Origin: Enoplolaimus lenunculus
Lineage: Eukaryota
Length of the DNA stretch: 64,000 nucleotides
Direction: 5' to 3'
Assembly (NCBI GenBank): GCA_030248215.1
Contig: JASANG010000957.1
Coordinates: 62,001 to 126,000 of the forward strand
The translations under genes were made by a program, and so were the position numbers. This document shows positions 1 to 17,006 of the stretch, piece by piece (position 1 is the first letter of the stretch; the number at the start of each line of letters is the position of its first letter). The notes beneath the pieces are model-generated. The model searched no databases, was not told the DNA's origin, and was given only the letters and a program-made list of their open reading frames with translations.

Positions 1-637
1 GATTAATTAAATCAGGATGAGTTCAATCAATTCAGAATTCTGAGTTCTGACAGACCTATCTCAGTGCTCAAACTTTTGAGTGCATTCAACTCATTCCGAG
101 TTAAAATCAACTCATTGAAATTTACAGTGTAGTATAAAAGTATTTCTCAATGAATGGATACCAAATAGTTCGGCCAATGTTAGGTACTTTAAGGGGCGGC
201 GAACAGTAGATTAAGCGTATTCATAAAGCCTAAGCCTAAGCCTAAGCCTAAGCAAAAAAGTAATCTAGAATCTAAACCTACCGTTTTATGGACCCATCGG
301 AAACCTGGGCGCCCCTTAAAGCCCCATGGTCCTCTTGCGATTGTACCTCGAGGCGGACGCAAGTTTAGTGAAATGAGTTTTAAAAATTTAAAAAAACTTA
401 GTCTATTGAGTGATGTGGGGGGGGCAAAAACTGAAACGATTCAACTGAAACTATACACAGAATACACGTTTAAAACACACAAACGTCGACTCAAAGCTTT
501 ATATTTTGAATTTCAACGTGGAAAATACTATTTTTATTTTTCAAACCTGCTTTGAATGTATAAATTCAACTGAAATGACGTAAATGTTGACGGTTAAATT
601 TTTATAATTCACAAGGATCACGATTTTGCGGCTGGTA

Positions 638-913
638 CACTGTAAATTCCAATGAGCTGATTAATTAACTCAAAGAGAGAATTTGTTATTTCTGCACAAC
701 AGTAAATATTAACTGACTCTGAGCTAATTTATATTCCAGGTGAGTTGATTAATTAACTCTGAGCTAATTATATTGTAGGTGAATTGATTAATTAACTCAT
801 AATGTATTCAAACCGTTCAGAATTCTCAGTTCTAAAAATCTAATGCAGTGCTGAGACTTTTGAGTGGATTCAATTCATTCTGAGTTAAAATCAACGCACA
901 GGAATTTACAGTC
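638..913. mobile_element. MITE family A (CACTGTAAATT TIR)
   Basis: TIRs and internal GAGTTGATT/AACTCAG motifs; another partial copy at 1-129. Confidence 0.8.
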
Positions 914-2684
914 TAACGGGTTTCGTACATTTCTTCGCCACATTTATTTAATAGCTTAATGCTTATAAGCTTAAACTCAAGCGTAGCTTATTTAAACGTT
1001 TTTTGTAAACATTTACTGCTGAGGCTTAGTCATAAATAAGACTTTTCCGAAACCTAAGCCTAAGCTTATAAAACCTGGAATTCAAAGTATAAGCCTACGG
1101 ATGGCGCTATACTTGTCGTACGGCCCCGCCCGTCGTCGTCTGTCACCGGCCGGCGTCGCTCGTCGCCGTTCGTTATCAGACGATATCGTACGAGAGTAAT
1201 TCACGTACGATACCGCACGGTTTCGGACGGTGCCGGGTGTCATCAAAAGTATAGCGCCACCCTAATCCTGTTGGGTAAAAGTGTACAATCACCCTGGTAA
1301 ATCTAAAAATACTTTGTATACTTGAGATAAAAATATAATATCAAAGCATAGGCAGCATCTTCTTCAACCCAGGCTAAGCCTAAAACAGTTTCAGCGGTTT
1401 CTTTGAAAAGTCGGCTTAAATTTCTGGTTTCAATTTTACTGTGCAAAAAATTATAAGTAATCACATTTGGGTTAAGAAACATTTACCTTTTCGGTGCAAC
1501 TATGAATTTGTATTCAGTTCCGGCTAAAAAATTATTTTCGCTTTCGAGCGAAGCGATCGCATCGCGAGGGGGTCTGCGACAATTTTGGGATGTGAATATT
1601 TTTTATGTTTTTAGAAAATCGGTCCCGGCTTCGGTAGAATTTTTGCCGGAGGTTCTGGCAATTTCAGTAGTAAAATTTTGTATAATTTTGCAAAATGTTA
1701 GCAATTCAGCGCGTTTCGTTTTACTTTTGTTACAATTTTCAGGAAAGAATTTCGGCAATTTCTCAGAAAATTAGCGCAAAAACAAACAACTTTTAACAAC
1801 ATATTGCAGATATTGGCTAAAATTAACTAATTAACCATCATTTTTACTACATAATGTCGCCTTACATTCCTCTCAATCTCAACAGGATGCAACCGGAGGT
1901 GAAAAATACCGGAGCCGGAGCCAAGAGGTCAACGAAACGTGCCAGAGCAGGAGTTGGAGGTGAGGCGAAATTAAGTAGTAAAAATGATGGTTAATTAGTT
2001 AATTTTAGCCAGTATCTGCAAAATGTTAAGTTGTTTGGTTTCATGCTAGTTTTCTGCCAAATTTCGGCAATTCATTCATGAAAATTGTGACAAAATTCAA
2101 TCGAAACGCGCTAAACCGATAAATTTACGAAAATTATGCAAAATTTTACTACCGAAATTGCCGGAACCTTCGGCAAAAATTTTAGCGGAGCCGGATCCGG
2201 AGGTCGATTTTCTGCCGGAGCCGAAGCCGGAGGCAGACCTCCGGTTGTATATACCCTGATACGTAACTATACTAAGCCAAATCATGTCCGACATGCTGAA
2301 GTGTCATAATTTTCACCAATCGTGTCGCTCGCTTTTGATATTTTTGGTATTGACCGTTTTGAACGGTTACGTTTATTTTGATTCAAACCTCGAAATTGTA
2401 GTTGATTATAATTTTGCAAATCCTTATCAGCTTCATGACTCATTCGGTGCTTCTGACTCAATTATTTTTGATCTTTTGTGGTCATGTAGCGATCGTAAAT
2501 TGAACCTTAAAAGCTGTATTGACTCTCAAAGATGCTTTTCAACTGCGCTTCAACGTATGCATCTACCGCCAGCGCTCGACCCAGCGCCATCGCTTATTGA
2601 AAAAAGGCTCATGATTATGTTTAGGCTTTAGGCTTTTACCCTTTTACAAGTGTCATGCAAACTAAAAATTTACAAATAATCATA

Positions 2685-2935
2685 CACTGTAAATTCCAAT
2701 GAGTTGATAAATCATTTCAGCTAGCGAGTTAGTTATTTCTGAATTGATATCAGTGAACATTGACTCACTCTGAGTTGAGTGATTCTCACTTTGAGTTGAG
2801 TTGACTTTGGGTAAGTTGATTAATTAACTCAGAATGAATTGAATCAACTCAAAATTCTGAATTCTGATAGTCCTAACTCAGACTGAGTGATTCAACTCTT
2901 TCTGAGTTAAAATCAACTCACTGAAATTTACAGTG
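2685..2935. mobile_element. MITE family A (CACTGTAAATT...AATTTACAGTG; CACT termini, 2-bp TSD, CMC/EnSpm-like)
   Basis: TIRs, TA/TA flanks; more than 10 copies in the window. Confidence 0.88.
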
Positions 2936-3600
2936 TAATACCAAAATTGATTTTATCATGATACCTGTTTTTGTGACCCATTAGCTGGAACCCAATGCAT
3001 GTTTTAATATTATAAGACCAAAAACCTATCACTATTTTAGGAACTGCAAATAAAGTATTTTTTACGCCATTGACACTATCGCATCCAAGTGGAGGACGCG
3101 GGGCGTACGCCCTCCCGCCCCCCCCCCCTCAGAAATTTTTTGTGTTAAAATGGTTGGGACCCTACCTTGCAATTTTTGCGTTTTATAACATTTGCCTTAC
3201 CGCCCCACCCGTCAAAAATTTTTGGATCCGCCTCTGGCTATTGGAGTTAAAGAAATGACTCTAATTTATGTTAAAAGCGATTCGCAGGAAAAAATAAACA
3301 CATTACAATTTAATTTTGGTTTCAATTATATCAGTACCTCAATATAATCAGCTGGAAAAAATTTTCAAAATCGAACCATTTTGTGACTTTTACGCCATCT
3401 GTAATAATTGAAAATATTCAGTAGTTTGTATGAACAAAGTACAAAATGTTCAAATGAAAATGGTGACAAACATTCTACTGGTATTCAGAAATCGAGTGAA
3501 AGAATTCGAAAAACACAAATTAATATTCAGCGAATTCAACCTAAAAACAACAACACAAGCGAACGAGCAGCGTAGTCGTGTGTACAATTTTAGCCTAATA

Positions 3601-4270
3601 CTGGAGTGACCCGAATAAGAGGGGGGACTGATATTTATGTGGCTCCTCCAGAGGGTGCTGTAGTGACCCGAATAACAGGAGGGGACTGATATTTATTTGC
3701 CTCTCCAGAGGGCACCCCCTTGTTATTCGGTTACGGACTTTTGTTTATTTTCAACCCTCGCTCCGCCACACTTCGTTACTGATATATATCCGGTACTGCG
3801 ATTATCCGGTGAATTAAACGTTTATTTGTCTTGTGTCAATAGCTTGAACGATCATGCAAGGTTATACCTAGGAATGTACTTTCATTATATATTTATAAGT
3901 ACGCCTCAAAGATTCGAACACAATTTTATTTGGTCCTGAAGTCATTTATGCACTACAATTAGGAATAACTGTCCTTCATGGACTCTAATTAGGATTTAGG
4001 GACTCTATCCGCTTAATACGGACTCTTATTAGGGATACGGATTCTATTGATTGAAACTCAAAACGGGACCCACCCCCTCTTATTACCCCACACTCTCTTA
4101 TTCGGGTCACTACAGTACACCCCCTGGTATTCGATTACAGACTATTTATTTTTAACTCACGCTTCGCCGCCCTTCGTTACTGATATATATCCGGTAGTAT
4201 GTATACTTCGGAATGTACTTTCAAAAATTAAATATGTTTTAAAGCTTCGAACTCCAACTTTACGTGATTC
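3601..4270. mobile_element. MITE family C (CTGTAGTGACCC TIR, TA TSD, Tc1/mariner-type): full copy 3658-4115 nested in an older copy
   Basis: TIRs; host sequence resumes after 4115. Confidence 0.82.
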
Positions 4271-5593
4271 TGGAGCGAGCCTAAGTTGGGATGTGAAATT
4301 TTTTTCATTTTTAGAAAATCTGTCCCGGCTTCGGCAGAATTTTTGCCGGAGGTTCTGGCAATTTCAGTAGTAAAATTTTGTATAATTTTGCAAAATTTAT
4401 CAATTTAGCGCGTTTCCTTTTACTTTTGTTTTTTCAGGAAATAATTTCGGAACTTTCTCAGAAAATTAGCGCGAAAACAAACAACTTAAACAACGCATTG
4501 CAGATATTGGATATTAACTAATTAACCATCATTTTTATTACCTAATTTCGCCTTACCTCCCTGTAATTATACTAAGACAAATCATGTCTGACATGCTAAC
4601 GTGTCATAATTTTCACCAATCGTGTCCATCCGTTTTGATATTTTTGGTATGACCGTTGTGAACCTTTACGTTTATTAAATACTGTTTTACAAATTGCCAG
4701 ACAGATATTTCACGTTTGACTCAAACCTCGCTATTATTGTTCCTTATAATTTGGCAAATTCTTATCAGCTTCAAGGCTAAATTCGGTGCTGCTGACTTAA
4801 TTTTTCGAGTTTTAAAAGTAGTGCCGAGTAAAAACATTGACTTCAAATTTTAAGTCTTAAAAATAGAAGCTTTAACTGTTGTGTATTTATGCAGATTTAA
4901 ATCGATTGGTATTCAAAATGGGAGCACTTCCTTTTTAAAATCCACGTTTCAAGTCACCACAGTTTGCATAATGTTAAATTAGCACAGAAATTGTGTAGCT
5001 AGTGGATAGAAATGTAGACCAAGGCCAGTATTCTTAAATATGTGCATAACCCATCACGATCACCAGTTTGTCACAGTCTCGTAAAATCGTAGCTAGTGAG
5101 CACTGAGGTTCGAAATTCAAGAATTTTTCACATTTGATGTACCTTGTTTCTGTACCACACTACTCAAGTGAGAATACCGAATTCCTGGCAGTTTTCGATT
5201 ACGTCCTACGGATGGTGATATTATCGCCCTAATCTTAAGCACTTAATATCCGCGATCAGAAAAACGTAGGAATATATTAACTGATTTTTTCAGAAACCTT
5301 GTGCCAAAAAGAGCCAGAAAAAACTTTTATTTCGACCATTTCGACCAATGTAAAACCCTGTAATTTTGGAAAATACGATTAGGTATCAAGCTGAATTTTA
5401 GCGGCGCCAAGTAAGTGCCTTACAAGCAACTAGGGATTAACATAGGGCTATTTTTGTAGAAGTTATTTTTCAAAATCTGAGACGTGTAGTTTTTGTTGGT
5501 ATACATGGTGTATGTGTGTATGCATTGTGATAAGTTGGGTAGGCTAGGGGGACGACAGTTTTTCAGTTTTTACTTCTCAGCAGCTGAAAATGA

Positions 5594-5668
5594 GGGACGC
5601 TCCCAATTGGTTTCGAACTTGGTCGACAGATTATCAGTCCAGCGCGCTATCCACTGAGCCGCGCCGCC
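5594..5668 (-). pseudogene. tRNA-like sequence (GAT at anticodon position), degenerate
   Basis: Minus strand GGCTCAGTGGATAGCGCGCTGGA-CTGATAA-TCTG...GTTCGAAACC. Confidence 0.6.
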
Positions 5669-5917
5669 TCACAATCAACTGCTGAATTTTTGTTTTATGC
5701 CTTATAAGAACCCCAACATTATACACATGTATCTTGGTTCTTCAATGTTTTACTGCTGCTGCATATGAAGGCACTACATATGCAGCAGTGTTTTTTACCG
5801 ATGTACAGCCTCAGCATGAGGTTATTATTTGCCTCCATGCATCCGCATGTCACATGCATGCGGTGTGCAATGCTAAATCATACGTGCACATATAGCATTA
5901 AAGAAAAGTATGATATC

Positions 5918-5990
5918 GACCGCGTGGTGTAATGGGTAGCACGCTTGACTGGCGAGCGAGAGGTCCGAGGTTCGATTTCCGGCGTAGCCA
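5918..5990 (+). pseudogene. tRNA-like sequence (GGC at anticodon position), probably repeat-borne pseudo-tRNA
   Basis: 73 nt; A box TGGTGTAATGG, B box GGTTCGATTTCC, cloverleaf spacing, mismatches in acceptor and T stems. Confidence 0.7.
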
Positions 5991-6003
5991 TATGTTTTGG
6001 AGA

Positions 6004-6177
6004 AATTTAGAAGGAAAACTACGTAAACTCAACCTTGAGACAGTAGAAATTTGTAGACTAAAAACGATCTGGTTTTTGGGTATAAAATTATTTATGATGA
6101 CGTGGATTGAAAGCCTAATGACTTTTTCACAATGGCTATTGATACAAAAACTCGTGCACACTCCAAGAAACTTAGGA
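6004..6177 (+). mobile_element. Fossil CR1/L2-type non-LTR retrotransposon ORF2 C-terminus
   Basis: With one frameshift and one stop reads KLRKLNLETVEICRLK-DLVFGYKIIYDDVD*KPNDFFTMAIDTKTRAHSKKL, matching the CR1 pattern L.L..LE.RR...DL...YKI....D.....FF......TRGH..KL. Confidence 0.7.
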
Positions 6178-6758
6178 TGTCTATATCGGATTTTCACGTC
6201 AACGGCCAAGTTCGGGATCTATGATACGAGCTTGATCGTTCTTCACTAACGGCATGACCGGTTATAAGAATTTACTGAAGAACGTTTTTACAAAAGGCAC
6301 AGATATGGTTATACAGTATACAATGTTATGCGGTGTTTACCGATGCTACTGATTCAATTCGATCTAAGCGTACGTTTTCAGGGTACAGTTTCTATGTGAG
6401 TAAACGTTTATATGCGTTCCGAGCGGCTAGAGTAATGACCGAGCCCCGATGCGTCCGTTGAACGCACTACCTAACAAGGACTGGTACCGGCGCTCAACAC
6501 ACCGGACTCGGGAGTGCATACAAATTATCCGCCCATAACAGTTCTGATTTTAAAACAGTTCTACGGTACTCAACTCAGAACATTCTTACCAATTGTCCTT
6601 CGAGTTCGAGCTAAACCGAAAAATCACAAACACAAGAAGTTTCCACCTAATCGCGAAAAGCACACAGTAATAACGATTCTCCGTGTTTCAAAACAAAACC
6701 AAAATCTTATCAAAATCTTCCAAGACTGAACATATACAATTCGGGCTAGTCGCCAACA
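6178..6758 (-). mobile_element. Possible solo-LTR-like insert
   Basis: TGT...ACA ends; left end coincides with the break in the CR1 fossil; no TSD found. Confidence 0.25.
6406..6525 (-). ncRNA. Unassigned ~120-nt multi-branch structured element
   Basis: Hand fold: closing stem plus four hairpins; G-U pairs favour the minus strand. Confidence 0.35.
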
Positions 6759-7456
6759 CATTTATCTATTTTGCATTAAATTTATAAGTTTTATTACATT
6801 TATTTTTATTCCTTGTTTTCATTTCTTTCGTTTTGTTTCGTTTTGTTTCCTTCCTCCCTGACGCAGCCATTCTACCCTAGCTATGTCATTCTACCCATAT
6901 ACCACAGTCCAATAAACCGCGCTTAGTTTGCGGAATATCCTCCCTGAAAAGTAAATGATTTTCCAGTAGTTACTACTTCAAATGCAATTACTTTTCGTGA
7001 AATGTTAAAAAAGATTGACTTATCTCAGTTTTCTAAATTTTAAAAACCTTTGGTGCTTGATTAGACCAACTTAGTACTACTGTGAATGTGATAAGATAAA
7101 TATAAGTGGGCTAACCCCTTTTTATCCGAAAACACTGTTAGGTTTCTTGAACTTACTATTATTTGCTTTTTTTCAATATGTATTATAAATGTTACCTCGC
7201 GTGTTAATTACATTTTGCTTAACAATAAATAAATAAATAAAACCTTTCAATTTTTTTCGGTAATGATCAAAAATTGACCGAGACCGAGGCTTGTTGCAGG
7301 CCTTTGGATTCAGATGAGTTTGGATTCGCGGTCCGAGACGACCGCCTAAAGAAGAGGGAATGTTGGTATACGTGGTGTATGTGTGTATGTGCATACTGTA
7401 TATATGTAATGTTAAGTCACATGTGCACATATAGTACTAAAATGAGATATGATATC

Positions 7457-7529
7457 GGCCACGTGGTGTAATGGGTAGCGCGCTTGACTCACGAGCGAGA
7501 GGTGTGAGGTTCGATACCCGGCGTGGCGT
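7457..7529 (+). pseudogene. tRNA-like sequence (CAC at anticodon position), paralog of 5918-5990
   Basis: GGCCACG/CGTGGCG acceptor, A and B boxes, T6 run at 7542-7547; T stem defective. Confidence 0.7.
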
Positions 7530-7680
7530 TATGTTTCGGTATTTTTTGGGGGGAACAATGTATATTTACAGCACTGCGGCCCGCACGTGTATGTATGTGT
7601 CTTAATATATGCATACCCTATGCACACATAATTTAAAAATGTGTTATTGACAGTTTTTGACAACAGCTTAACGTATATTC

Positions 7681-7686
7681 TTTCAG
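7681..7686 (+). promoter_or_regulatory. 3' splice / probable SL trans-splice acceptor TTTCAG upstream of the kinase ATG
   Basis: Consensus nematode acceptor ending 18 nt before the start codon; no upstream coding exon is needed. Confidence 0.5.
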
Positions 7687-7704
7687 GAGCTGTATTTATT
7701 AATA

Positions 7705-14664
<6,960 letters not shown>

Positions 14665-16149
14665 TGATTTTTGTATGGTTTGTGGTTAATTCCGAAAGCG
14701 GATTTTGTATTATGTTTCCCGCGAATTTAATGTTAAAACTTCGGGTTATCCAACCGCTTAGGCATTCATGGTTTCTAAACCAAAGTAAGTATAACGTATA
14801 CGCATGCGTGTAGAAAGTGTACAAGAGCCTCTAAAGGTTTAGATGGATACGTTATAGTAATCGCATATACTCGTGTTGGTTATGTTCGCCCTATTTTGAT
14901 GTAAATGCTTTTGTTTTGTGCTCTTTGCTGCAAGCTGTCTCCCCGTATGTGATCAGTTTTGTGTGTTCGCAAATTAGCATCGCCGGAAACACCATTATTC
15001 CTTGTTGCAGCATATTTATTTATTCCGTATTCCTTGTTGCAGGATATTTATTTATTCCGTATTCCTTGTTGCAGCATATTTCTTTATTTCGTTTTTGTTT
15101 ACGGTAATTAGAAACAGTCGGAACAATGCCCAAATTATCGTTTTCGTGGATGCTCCATTTAAATTAATATTGTAGTTAATAGATGTTTTATCTTTGCAGC
15201 TGGAATACGGTAAAGTTCGAACGTTCGTACATTTTTGTCGTCTTTTTGCAATATCTCAGTGCGAATAGGTCATTCGGCGGCGTGCGGTAATGTATGGTAT
15301 CATACGGAAATTGCAGTACGTCATCGTAAATGAATTTTAAACTAAAGTACGAGATAAGGATATCGCCACCATAAGCTTAACGCCTTAATTTTCTCTGATA
15401 AGTTGCATTGTGATATTTACATTGTCTTTGTGTCGTTCGTGTGTGTGCTTGTGTTACTACTTTTGTGGACTGTCGATCTCAAGTGAAAAATTTTGATTGA
15501 AATCAATTCCAACTCCTGGATTCGGTTTAAGGTATTTTTTGTACTCTTCATAAGTGTGGATTTACTCGTTTTTTTGACAGCAAACGATTAATGTGGCTCA
15601 TGTATAGGATAGAGCCGGAACAGCAGTATATATTCCTATGCCTAAGCCTAAACCTAAGCCTAAGCGTAAGGATGAGCCTTTTTCTAAGCCTAAACCCATA
15701 AGCCAGCCTAAGCAAAAAAGTTGGTCTAAAGCCTAAACTGGCTTTATTAGAGCCACGCCGGAAACCGATCCGACCCTGTTCTATATATGGGCCATTAATG
15801 TTATAGGTTTTAATTCAGCAAGCTAAGATTGTTTAAAGTTTTATTGTAGAATTCCTGTAGAAATTATATTTTTTCTCTGTTTTCATTTTGTCTTCAGCTG
15901 TTACATACTGTGCTCTCTATATATATTTGCTATTTATTATATTATTATATAACAACAAGGCTTGTTTTGCAATAATGCGAATTTCATATTTTGGTTTGGT
16001 TGTTTGTTAACCAACTTTGCTCTTCCGGTCTCGTGGAGTATTCATGTGCGTATCTTGTAAGTACCAAACGCACGGTATATAGAGCCGTTGTAGCGACGTT
16101 TGCATATATTGAAATGTTTTATTTTTAGTTGCTAAACACCTATTTATAT

Positions 16150-16535
16150 TAGGGATATGCCGATTAATCGGCATCGGTAATAATCGGCACTTTTTGTGAG
16201 TTTCGGCACTGCAAAAATTGCCGATTCTTTGCCGACACTTTTTGTGCATAACAATCAATTGGAATGCTATCAATTTCATTTCTGGGCGCATATCAGTCTG
16301 TCTGGTCAGGGAAACTGACATCTCTCTTGCGTTTGTGTTTGAAAGAATTAATTGAAATGAACTGTTCTTATATAATTTTAGTCGTAAATGATGGTTAAGG
16401 TTCAAGTCTTCATATAATGATGTAATGTAATATACTATCTGTTTAAACACGATGTAATAAAGTTGGAATCGGCATCGGCAAAATTTCAAAATAAGAATCG
16501 GCATTGGCAAAATTTTTGGTATCGGCACATCCCTA
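16150..16535. mobile_element. MITE with TAGGGATRTGCCGAT TIR; truncated copy at ~19915-20180
   Basis: TIRs and second homologous copy. Confidence 0.8.
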
Positions 16536-16798
16536 ATTATTAAAACTCGAAAGCTACACATACGTATTTTGGGTAGCGTTCCAGCGTAGTTTTTTGTAAT
16601 ACGTCTATGCAAAGTAGTTATATTAGTATAGTTTTGTTAAGATATACATTGTTTGTAAGTGTAATTTGTATCGGTATTGTTAAAATTGTTCTAAGTGGAA
16701 GATTTTTTTGTTGCGGCATACTTTTTTCTGCGTCGTATAAGCACAGGAATGACAGATGAACTGTGAATTAAAATAGTTTATTTTAGGTTTGAAACTTC

Positions 16799-17006
16799 GG
16801 CCCATGTATAGAACAGGGCCGGAACAGTAGTATAAGCATATTCCTAAAGCCTAAGCGTATGGATGAGCCTATTCCTAAGCCTAAGTGTATGGATGAGCCT
16901 ATTCCTAAGCCTAAGTCTAAGCCTAATCAAAAAATTAGTCTAAAGCTTAAACTGACTCTATTATAGCACCTCCGGAAACGATCCGGGCCTGTTCTATACA
17001 TGGGCC
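16799..17006. mobile_element. MITE family D carrying (TAAGCC)n; TIR GGCCCATGTATAGAACAGG; other copies near 15594, 17333, 18834, 19369, 27760, 30499, 34283, 38877, 39837, 40597, 49866, 50140, 52268, 53290, 56541
   Basis: ~25-bp TIRs enclosing telomere-type hexamer repeats; GGC termini suggest PIF/Harbinger (inference). Confidence 0.85.

Noticed and set aside
227..253. Chromosome end or telomere addition site
   Set aside because: Short hexamer runs lie inside TIR-bounded elements in both orientations
5594..7529. Functional tRNA-Ala, tRNA-Val and tRNA-Ile genes
   Set aside because: T stems and acceptor stems have multiple mismatches; embedded in repeated flanks; reported as tRNA-like instead
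16007..16612. 201-aa ORF
   Set aside because: Spans a MITE (16150-16535) and shows no recognisable domain
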